The position numbers and the translations under genes are program-made. The notes under the pieces are model-generated. The model worked only from the letters and a program-made list of their open reading frames with translations. It did not search any database and was not told where the DNA came from. From a virus (lineage: Duplodnaviria; Caudoviricetes): a DNA stretch of 64,000 bases. The stretch is from IMG/VR virus record IMGVR_UViG_3300049215_000063, positions 2,147-66,146 of that record. One strand, written 5' to 3'. Positions 56,787 through 64,000 of the stretch are shown piece by piece (position 1 is the stretch's first letter; every line of letters starts with the position of its first letter).

Positions 56787-57260
56787 CAAGATCCCGAGTC
56801 CCTTTGCAGCGGCGCGGAGTAGAGGTTCGACGGCACGATCTCCGATGCCCATCAAACAGGTCCCTTGCGCGGGCGATGAGCCGGGCAGCCCACTCGCGCC
56901 TATAAATTTGAGTTTCGGCGACACGAATAAAATGCCATCTGCCTTCGGCGCGAACTGTTGCCACCACGGCGCCGATGTACGGTCCGGCGTCAGGGCGATG
57001 CCGTTGCCGTGATCAAAGAACTTCGCGAGCCATGGTGCGATGCCGTTCCGTGGCCCGAATGGCGGGTTGCACCAAATAAATCCATCCCAGGTTTTACAAA
57101 GACTGTCCGCGGTGATGTAAACGGTCGCAGAAATCCACGGTGTGATATCACGTCCTGGGCTGGCTACGTCCATATCGAACGTGCAGCCGAGCGCTTCGAA
57201 CACGTGCGGCGGGGTATACCTCTCGTCTGATGCGCCGACGCTTTGTTCATGAAGGGCCAT
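56766..57260 (-). CDS. phage DNA N6-adenine methyltransferase
   Basis: YTPP..F..L...FD.DVAS..W.G.IWCNPPF..W..K...HGNGIAL..RT; 3' end interrupted by the IS605 remnant. Confidence 0.8.
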   Translation of the reverse strand: MALHEQSVGASDERYTPPHVFEALGCTFDMDVASPGRDITPWISATVYITADSLCKTWDGFIWCNPPFGPRNGIAPWLAKFFDHGNGIALTPDRTSAPWWQQFAPKADGILFVSPKLKFIGASGLPGSSPAQGTCLMGIGDRAVEPLLRAAAKGLGILLTSFPP

Positions 57261-57691
57261 CAGCGGTTCTCCCTCTCCGCCGTCACCACCATCCGCATGG
57301 TGATCAGATCGCCCCTGGCGGCATAGAGCTTCTGGCAAATCAGGAACGGACTCTTGTCGAGCGCGTACCAGAACGGCAGCTCGCCGACCTTGTGTTGCTC
57401 GGCATGACAGCCGTGTGGACCACCGCATAAGGGCAGCGCCCACTTATCGGATGGTTTCTTGCCCTTGGCGCCGAACTTGCCGTGCGTGGCTGAATTCAGG
57501 CGGACATGGGCGGCTTCCCCGGCCGGATCCTGGCCGCAACGCAGGCAGGGGCACTGCCGCACCATGGCGAGATAGGCCGGGTCGGCGTCGGATTGCCGGC
57601 GCGGTTGTTGTTTGCGCGCGGGCGGGAGGTCGCGTTTTAGGAGCGCGCCGTAGTCGGCGGGGCGGGCGATGCGTTGGGGGCGAGGGGTCAT
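57260..57691 (-). CDS. DUF968-like HNH-fold nuclease
   Basis: YL..VRQ.PCLRCG..EAAH..KPSD.W.LPLC..CH.EQH. Confidence 0.78.
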   Translation of the reverse strand: MTPRPQRIARPADYGALLKRDLPPARKQQPRRQSDADPAYLAMVRQCPCLRCGQDPAGEAAHVRLNSATHGKFGAKGKKPSDKWALPLCGGPHGCHAEQHKVGELPFWYALDKSPFLICQKLYAARGDLITMRMVVTAERENR

Positions 57692-57888
57692 TTGGTTTCC
57701 CAAATCTGAAAAGCGGCCAGGTCGTCATCGTCCATCATCCGGCAGACATCGGCGGATGACATTGCTCCACCTTGAATGAAAAGGTTGGCGCGCACGACAG
57801 CGATTGTTGCGGCAGCATGGCGTGGTGACGGAAGGGCTTCTAAGATCGTCATAATCTGGGCTGCGGCGCTATTTGTCGTGTTGCTCAT
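57688..57888 (-). CDS. hypothetical protein
   Basis: Packed in leftward operon. Confidence 0.5.
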   Translation of the reverse strand: MSNTTNSAAAQIMTILEALPSPRHAAATIAVVRANLFIQGGAMSSADVCRMMDDDDLAAFQIWETK

Positions 57889-57901
57889 GTTGGGCTTCCG
57901 T

Positions 57902-58147
57902 TTAGGTGTTTGATTCACGATAGGGTGTGCCGGGTGAGGGGGCTGTCACGGTGAATTGGCGCGTTGGCTTCGGCGCGCGCGGCTTCTTTACGTCAACGCC
58001 TTCGGTCTGCCAGTCAGGAAACGGGCGCTCATCTTCGCATAGCCACCATCGCTTTTCCAGCCCGCTTTCAGGAAGGCCAGCGGCATCGCCCTCAGCGATC
58101 CACTCTTTCCAAAAGTCCATCGGGCAGGTGCCAACAAGGTCAACCAT
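57902..58147 (-). CDS. hypothetical protein (possibly internally deleted)
   Basis: MVDLVGTCP..FW.EWIAEGDAAG start; FPDW.TEGV end. Confidence 0.45.
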   Translation of the reverse strand: MVDLVGTCPMDFWKEWIAEGDAAGLPESGLEKRWWLCEDERPFPDWQTEGVDVKKPRAPKPTRQFTVTAPSPGTPYRESNT

Positions 58148-58385
58148 GATTAACTGCCTCCGAAGGCTCAGCCTTTTTCTTGGCGGCTTCCATTTCCTGC
58201 CGGATCTGATCGCCCTCACGTGAACCAAAATCTGTATTTCCGACAATCTCCGCCGCCGGCCTTGCCTCGACGACCGCATAACGATCCCGCCATGACTTCG
58301 CTGTCGCAGTGAGGCCTCGGTCTTCGGCCGTCTGAGCGCGGGCAGCGATCATGTCGAGGGCGCTGGATTTTTGGGCGGGGGTCAT
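58140..58385 (-). CDS. hypothetical protein
   Basis: Coupled to neighbours. Confidence 0.55.
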   Translation of the reverse strand: MTPAQKSSALDMIAARAQTAEDRGLTATAKSWRDRYAVVEARPAAEIVGNTDFGSREGDQIRQEMEAAKKKAEPSEAVNHG

Positions 58386-59242
58386 CGAAGGTGAACCGGC
58401 GCTGCAACGGAGAAACCAGCTGCGGCCTTATGGCCACCACCACCAAATTGCCGCGCAACTGCGCTCACATCGAAGTCGCCGCGTGATCGAAGCGAGTACT
58501 GATACCGGGCGCCTTCCACCTCAAAATAGCAGGCACCAAAGGCGCATGCGCGTTCGGCAAGCTCACCGGCCACTTCGCTTGCAGCAAAGTACGGCGCGTT
58601 GGCGATGAAGATCGGGTGCCCGGCGAGCGTTGCCGCGTACGCATTGTTTTTAAGTTCCTCGACGCGGAGGCGGTAGTAGCGCTGAATTGAGCGGCCTTCC
58701 TCGATCAGGCGCTCGACGCCGCAATCAACCAACCGATCCCATATTTCGAATTGTTGCGGATAGGATCGCAGCGCTATCGTGAATTCGTCGCCGTTTGGCA
58801 ACCGCTTTCGCCACAGGTCGCGATCTTGCACATATTCGATGAAATCCGGCCGGTCCCCGCCGATGAACCAATCCCACGCCATTGCGGCACCGCTGCGGTT
58901 CATGTCGAACAGTGCGAACATGTTGTTGCCGGCGCCGTCAATACTCGCGGCGTCGCGATGATCGAATGTCAGTGGCGGTGGGTCAATGTCGGCTAGGTCG
59001 TCCTGCGCCGTCTTATGATGGTCCAAAATCAGGATCGAACTTGCGGCCTTTGCCATCGCGTCCAGCACTGGGCGCTTGTAGCTAAAATCGACAAAAATCA
59101 CATCGCGGCATTCATGCGGCGGCGGTTCCGTCTGATAGATGCCGGGGTAGAAATCAATATCACCGCCAAACGCCTTTCGAAGGCACCATGCGGCGGCAAA
59201 ACCGTCGTCGCAACCGCCGTGGTAAATGCAAAGTGGTTTCAT
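58382..59242 (-). CDS. DHH/DHHA1 phosphoesterase
   Basis: YH..C.DG, DFSY, LDHH, DRDLW, SLRS, GGGGH..AAGF. Confidence 0.88.
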   Translation of the reverse strand: MKPLCIYHGGCDDGFAAAWCLRKAFGGDIDFYPGIYQTEPPPHECRDVIFVDFSYKRPVLDAMAKAASSILILDHHKTAQDDLADIDPPPLTFDHRDAASIDGAGNNMFALFDMNRSGAAMAWDWFIGGDRPDFIEYVQDRDLWRKRLPNGDEFTIALRSYPQQFEIWDRLVDCGVERLIEEGRSIQRYYRLRVEELKNNAYAATLAGHPIFIANAPYFAASEVAGELAERACAFGACYFEVEGARYQYSLRSRGDFDVSAVARQFGGGGHKAAAGFSVAAPVHLR

Positions 59243-59531
59243 TGTTCCGTTCCTTTTGTATGACCGCCCGAACGCAAAACACCACCAAAAAACCTCAGAA
59301 AAACAGACGGCGCCCCTCGCTAGTTTAAGTCTCTCCCTTGGCGAGAGGCGCCGCCGTGGGCGGAATGTCAGGCTCCGCCGCATGGGAAACAGGCAGCTCC
59401 ACTATTTCTGTGAGGGTTGGAACCTCGATCCAAATCCGGGCGCCGCCCCGCCCGGCAATCCATTGGGAATTATATACTTGACTCCCTCGATTTTCCCGGC
59501 TAGAGTTTAGCGATGGATTGAGGGGTTGGCC

Positions 59532-60452
59532 ATGTCCAAGAGCACGATTTCGACCTTCCAACTTTTCGAAATGTTCCCCGATCAAGAAACGGCCCGGACC
59601 TACCTCGAAGGCCGGCTGTGGCCGAATGGCCCGCGCTGCCCGGTTTGCGGCCTTGGCGAGCGGATCACGGCGCGGGCCAGCGGTTTCTACCGCTGCAACC
59701 AATGCAAGGAAGACTTCACGGTGCGGACCGGCACAATCTTCGAGCGCAGCCATGTTCCGCTGCACAAATGGGTTTACGCGATGTACCTGCTTGTGACGGC
59801 CCGCAAAGGCATCTCTAGCATGCAACTCGCCAAGGAAATCGGGATTACCCAAAAGTCGGCTTGGTTCGTCCTGCACCGCTTGCGCGAAGCTTGCGGCGGT
59901 CGCGATCTCACGAAGCTTGCCGGCATTATCGAAATCGATGAGACCTTCGTCGGCGGCAAGGAAGCCAACAAGCACGAAAGCAAGAAGCTCCATGCCGGGC
60001 GCGGCACGGTCGGCAAGACGCCGGTTCTCGGCATGCGCGAGCGGGGCGGCCGGACGGTCGCCATGCCGATCGCCGGCACTGACAAGGCAACGATCCAAGC
60101 CACGATCTTGCAGAATGTTGAGGTTGGCTCGACCATTCACACGGACGAAGCCGGGGCCTATGTTGGCGTTGCCGGTCTGTCCTTCGATCACGATACGGTC
60201 AATCACAGCCAAGGCGAATACGTCCGTGACGATGTGACCACGAACGGCATCGAGAGCGTCTTCGCTGTTATGAAGCGCGGCATCTATGGCGTCTATCACC
60301 ATACCAGCCAAAAGCATCTTGGCCGCTACGTTGACGAATTTTCCTTCCGCTTGAACGAAGGCAACGTCAAGAACCATACCTTGACTCGGCTCGACAGCTT
60401 CGTGGACGGGGTTGCCGGTAAGCGGCTGACTTACAAGGCGCTGATCCAATGA
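59532..60452 (+). CDS. IS1595-family transposase
   Basis: Zn ribbon, IEIDETFVGG, IHTDE, VNHS, TNGIES, YVDEF.FR.N. Confidence 0.93.
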   Translation: MSKSTISTFQLFEMFPDQETARTYLEGRLWPNGPRCPVCGLGERITARASGFYRCNQCKEDFTVRTGTIFERSHVPLHKWVYAMYLLVTARKGISSMQLAKEIGITQKSAWFVLHRLREACGGRDLTKLAGIIEIDETFVGGKEANKHESKKLHAGRGTVGKTPVLGMRERGGRTVAMPIAGTDKATIQATILQNVEVGSTIHTDEAGAYVGVAGLSFDHDTVNHSQGEYVRDDVTTNGIESVFAVMKRGIYGVYHHTSQKHLGRYVDEFSFRLNEGNVKNHTLTRLDSFVDGVAGKRLTYKALIQ

Positions 60453-60616
60453 CGAAACAAACGCCACCAAAAGAACTAGACGCGATTGCGGATGTGGTGC
60501 TCGCTTATCGGCCGAAGCCGAAGACGAAACCAGCCAAAAAGCGCCGGAAAATGCAGAAACGGATAATAGCCGCTCAAGCCTCTGGCGAGGGTAAACATCT
60601 TCGGAAAGGAGGTTGA
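60449..60616 (+). CDS. small basic IS passenger protein
   Basis: Read manually: MTKQTPPKELDAIADVVLAYRPKPK..., ATGA-coupled to the transposase. Confidence 0.5.
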   Translation: MTKQTPPKELDAIADVVLAYRPKPKTKPAKKRRKMQKRIIAAQASGEGKHLRKGG

Positions 60617-60731
60617 GAGTAGTTGTCATTTGAAGATTGCTATTAGAGTTAGAGCCAACAGCGAAACGATCAGAAACCCGACAAGTCTTCGGCGGCTCCT
60701 TCGGATCATATTTGCATAAGGGCCTTCTGCC

Positions 60732-61484
60732 TTGGGCCACAAGAAAATTGATCCCCACCAAAAACTAGAATCTCTGGAGCGATGGTCGGCACGCGCGACG
60801 CTCGCGATTCTATTGGGAATTTTTATTGAAATTGGCTCGTTGTTCTGGTTCCAGCATGATCCTGTCGAAAGGCTTATCGGCGTAATTGCAAATGCATTGA
60901 TAGGCATCGGTTTGGTCGTCGAATACATTGCCATCCTGAGGGCTATTGTTGCATCTGGCGACGCCAACAGAGAATCCGATGAAAAGATCGCCGAAGCGAA
61001 TGAGCGCGCGGCACAGGCCGATCTTGCCAGAGCCGAGCTTGAAGACAAGTTGCGCCCAAGAGAATTAAACCAAGCACAATGGGACTTTATCCAAGAACTT
61101 ACCGGCCAGTTCGAGCAGGTGAACATCGGGTATGAAACTGATGCTGAAACGCGATGGTATGCCATGGAGGTCCAAAAGGCATTTTTCGCGGCTGGAATTA
61201 GGGTCGCGCTATATCCGCGCGCTGCCGATGTCCACAGTTTCGGGACGCTCATATATGAGCCGCAAGGATTTGACGGAGCGCAGCCAAGAACGGTCGCCCC
61301 GCTAGTAGAAATCTTTCGAAGAGGCGATATACCGCCAGAGCGCGTATCGCTTGCCGTAATAACATCGCCACCAACTGATATGACAGCGCCATCGGAATTT
61401 CCGATGATCATTCTAGGAGGCAGATTCCTGGTCGCTCCCGCTTGGAGCCCACCGAGAAGTACCAAAACGAAAACGGCCGAATAA
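60732..61484 (+). CDS. IS passenger membrane protein
   Basis: Two TM helices, coiled coil, PR.L motif; inside the TIRs. Confidence 0.65.
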   Translation: MGHKKIDPHQKLESLERWSARATLAILLGIFIEIGSLFWFQHDPVERLIGVIANALIGIGLVVEYIAILRAIVASGDANRESDEKIAEANERAAQADLARAELEDKLRPRELNQAQWDFIQELTGQFEQVNIGYETDAETRWYAMEVQKAFFAAGIRVALYPRAADVHSFGTLIYEPQGFDGAQPRTVAPLVEIFRRGDIPPERVSLAVITSPPTDMTAPSEFPMIILGGRFLVAPAWSPPRSTKTKTAE

Positions 61485-61782
61485 ATTGCGAACGTCAGCC
61501 TGTCACGCCAGCATGGCCATAGCCCTCCCCCGCAAAGGGAGTCAAGTATATAATTCCCAATCCATTCACATTGTAGAATGCGGGGGCCATTCAATGGCTT
61601 CCACCATCGAAGCGCGCCGGTTCGGTCCACATTGGTGCCAATGATCGCGTTGACTTGTTCAAGTTCGTCGTGACTGATTGTTACAATCGCCATCGGTCTA
61701 TTCCTCATCATCAGCTTGCACGGCGGGGCTCCGTTAAGGAGGAACCGAAGCCCCGCCGCCTGTTGGGCCGGGAACGGGGGCG

Positions 61783-62058
61783 CTACCCGGCCGCAAGGGT
61801 GTTGATTGGTTCGCGCGTCTCCGTCGGCGTCGGCATGCGGGTCGACGTATACCGGCCGCGTATGTTGGCCTGATACCAGCGCCCGATGCTGTTGCCGCAA
61901 GCGTGCACGTTCATGGCTTCGGCAAACTTCTCCGGCGGTACGTCGTCATGGCTGTAGATGCCGGAGTTTTTGAACGTCACGATCAGGGTGCGGGTTTCTT
62001 CGTCGTAATCAAGACGCGAGATGTTTGATGACGATTTCGAAATGATAGTGGTCGTCAT
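61783..62058 (-). CDS. KTSC domain protein
   Basis: SSNI....YD.....L.V.FKNSG.Y....VP...S.G.WY..NIRG.Y. Confidence 0.85.
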   Translation of the reverse strand: MTTTIISKSSSNISRLDYDEETRTLIVTFKNSGIYSHDDVPPEKFAEAMNVHACGNSIGRWYQANIRGRYTSTRMPTPTETREPINTLAAG

Positions 62059-62084
62059 GGGGATTGCCTTTCGTTGGTGCGAAT

Positions 62085-62615
62085 TCAGTCGGTCGGATCG
62101 TCAAGGCCGATGGTGCGGTCGTAGGCATCCGTCAACATTTCGATGGTGGCGGCGATCGAATTGGCATCGAGGTCGATTTGCCGGCTGGTGATGATCGCAT
62201 TGAGCTGCGAGCAGATGAACATGCGCTTGGCGTCTTTCGGCGAAGTCGGCCGGAAATAGTTGTTGCCGTTGCCGCCCTGGTTCGGTCGAGGCTCATGCTG
62301 CGGCGGATCGATCGGGGCGGACTGGCGCGGTGCCGCGTTTTGCGCGCCGTTCTGCGCCTGGGCGCGCGTCGCTGTGGTCTCGCGCACGGCCTTGACGTTG
62401 TGATAGATCACGCCGTTGACCTCGTTGCGTTCGCAGCCGAAATCATAGGTCCTGCCGTATTCGACCATCTGCAGCTTGTCAGCAAAGGCGCTGAGACTTT
62501 TGCCATCGGTGAGCTTGATCCGGCCGGGCTTGTTGCGTGCCGGCGCCGATAAGATTTCTTCGACCGTGCCGACGATCTTGATGAGCGGCGGCCGTTCCAT
62601 GGTGGTGGTGTTCAT
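62085..62615 (-). CDS. putative single-stranded DNA-binding protein
   Basis: OB-like N-terminus, Q/P/N linker, acidic end; CAGGAG SD; recombination-module position. Confidence 0.5.
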   Translation of the reverse strand: MNTTTMERPPLIKIVGTVEEILSAPARNKPGRIKLTDGKSLSAFADKLQMVEYGRTYDFGCERNEVNGVIYHNVKAVRETTATRAQAQNGAQNAAPRQSAPIDPPQHEPRPNQGGNGNNYFRPTSPKDAKRMFICSQLNAIITSRQIDLDANSIAATIEMLTDAYDRTIGLDDPTD

Positions 62616-62629
62616 GATTTACTCCTGTG

Positions 62630-63517
62630 TTAGAAGCTACTGGTGAAAGTTTCGCGAGTACCGGCGGGCAGTTCGCCGTGGGCTTCCTTGAAAGCTTTGG
62701 CGGACTGCTGGATTGCCAAAGTGATTTTCTCGGTCAGACCGATCGCCTTGATGGCGGCAACCGGATCGTCAATGACGATGATCGGCGGAGAGCGTCGTGG
62801 CGCCAACGTTCGGCCGCCGAGGCTCGAAGCCAGGCGGATGGCGGTTTCCCGGTCGGCGCGGTTTGCAGTCCGATCGAGCTTGTTCGCTTCCTTGATCGCG
62901 GCTTGAGCATCGATCACGGCGGTTCCGACATCCTCGCAGGCACCGACTTCGGCGGCGGCAATGGCGTCGTTGGCCTGGTCGATCAGGGCCTGGGCGCGGG
63001 CGGCGGCTGCTTCGGCCTCGCGCTTGGCTTCCGCGGCAATGGCTTCGCGGCGTCGCCGTTCGGCATCCGCCCATGCATTGGCGCGATCGACGATGATGCC
63101 CAAAAGCCCCTTGGATTTCGGCGTGCCTTCAAGCTGTTCGCGCACCGGCTTGTAGGCGCCGTTGATCCTGTTCAGCGCGGCATTGAGCGGTTCCACCTTC
63201 GGTTTGCGCTCGTCCTCAAGAGCGGCAATCGTCCTGCGCGTGCTCTCGATCCATGTGCCGGCTGTCTGCGCTTCCTCCGCCGTCTGGATTACTGGATTGC
63301 CGGCGATGTAGTCCCGCACAAGCTTTGTCTGTTCAACGGCCGCGTCGATCGCGGGATTGAACGCCATGTTCGCTTCGGCATACGCCTTGATCGCCGTTTC
63401 ATCCGCGATCGGCTCCGGCGGCTGATTGTCCGTCGTCGTCACGCCGCGGTCCGTCGCCGGAATGTACCGGTCGGCGATGGCGGCAGCGCGTTGTTTGGCG
63501 TCGGTTGGGTCGAGCAT
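62630..63517 (-). CDS. coiled-coil protein of the recombination module
   Basis: ERK..V.PLN....IN..YKP..L pattern, C-terminal LPAG. Confidence 0.65.
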   Translation of the reverse strand: MLDPTDAKQRAAAIADRYIPATDRGVTTTDNQPPEPIADETAIKAYAEANMAFNPAIDAAVEQTKLVRDYIAGNPVIQTAEEAQTAGTWIESTRRTIAALEDERKPKVEPLNAALNRINGAYKPVREQLEGTPKSKGLLGIIVDRANAWADAERRRREAIAAEAKREAEAAAARAQALIDQANDAIAAAEVGACEDVGTAVIDAQAAIKEANKLDRTANRADRETAIRLASSLGGRTLAPRRSPPIIVIDDPVAAIKAIGLTEKITLAIQQSAKAFKEAHGELPAGTRETFTSSF

Positions 63518-63549
63518 GGTGGTTACTCTTGTGGGTTGTTAGATAGGTG

Positions 63550-64000
63550 TCACTCCGCCGCGATTTTCATTTCGGCCGCGGCGGCCGCGATCTTCTCGAC
63601 CATTTCGAGGCAGTCCGGACGATCACTATCGCCGCCCGGGCCCCAATGCTCGCGTGCGTCGGCAATCGATTTATTTCGGCAGCCGGCCACAACGCGCCAC
63701 TGGTCGCGGACGATGACGCCCTCGAAAGTGTATCCGCGCGAATCCACGCCGGCGAAGACGTAACCGAGCTCGCCTCGCTCAATTTTGGTGGCACGTGGCG
63801 CCTTCAGCTCGGTCAGTGCGGTGCAGCCCCTCGCGTACACGGTCTTCGCCGCGTCCGCCTTCAGCTCGGTCAGTGCGGTGCAGCCCCTCGCGTCTACGTA
63901 ATCGGCCGCGTCCGCCTTCAGCTCGGTCAGTGCGGTGCAGCCCCTCGCGTCTACGTAATCGGCCGCGTCCGCCTTCAGCTCGGTCAGTGCGGTGCAGCCC
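63550..64000 (-). CDS. LRR-like repeat protein, 5' part outside window
   Basis: (GCTALTELKADAADYVDAR)n then DSRGY..VAGCR..A..HW. Confidence 0.75.
   Translation of the reverse strand, partial: GCTALTELKADAADYVDARGCTALTELKADAADYVDARGCTALTELKADAAKTVYARGCTALTELKAPRATKIERGELGYVFAGVDSRGYTFEGVIVRDQWRVVAGCRNKSIADAREHWGPGGDSDRPDCLEMVEKIAAAAAEMKIAAE
63800..64000 (-). repeat. 57-bp coding tandem repeat
   Basis: At least four copies of CCTTCAGCTCGGTCAGTGCGGTGCAGCCC at 57-bp spacing. Confidence 0.9.

Larger units (their letters stand above)
59465..61558 (+). mobile_element. intact IS1595-family element with passenger genes
   Basis: Perfect 22-bp TIRs GGGAATTATATACTTGACTCCC (59465-59486, 61537-61558); 8-bp TSD AATCCATT (59457-59464, 61559-61566). 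Confidence 0.95.
59325..61693 (-). pseudogene. small early gene split by the IS1595 insertion
   Basis: Removing the IS and one TSD copy rejoins MAIVTISH...ILQCEW to IAGRGGARIWIEVP...KGET in frame. Confidence 0.75.

Noticed and set aside
59325-60761. 478-aa minus-strand ORF
   Set aside because: Antisense of the IS1595 transposase; only its last ~45 codons belong to the disrupted phage gene

Overview
The window is about 64 kb of a tailed phage genome, probably most of it, GC-rich and most consistent with an alphaproteobacterial (Rhizobiales-like) host. The layout is lambdoid. A divergent promoter/operator switch at ~780-1032 drives a rightward arm (Cro-like regulator, tRNA-Thr, several DNA methyltransferases, replication initiator with iterons, NusG-like antiterminator) followed by a complete contractile-tail virion module (TerS/TerL, DUF1073 portal, MuF, DUF2213 protease/scaffold, DUF2184 capsid, DUF3383 sheath, tube, tape measure, baseplate, fibres) and a large lysis/exported-protein region. 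A leftward early arm (1-744 and 55.6-64 kb) runs off both window ends. No integrase is visible. Most striking observation: three consecutive tail-fibre-module genes (38055-43615) each begin with an apparent cleavable Sec signal peptide, and the two fibres carry 12 and 10 cysteines in mostly sequential pairs, suggesting periplasmic, disulfide-dependent folding of virion fibres. Second, non-essential genes and mobile elements carry many deletion/fusion scars (repressor, methyltransferases, topoisomerase IB, two IS1595 elements, a TnpB element, two proteases) while the virion genes are intact; one intact IS1595 with TIRs and an 8-bp TSD splits an early gene. All family assignments are from motif recognition by eye, not database searches.
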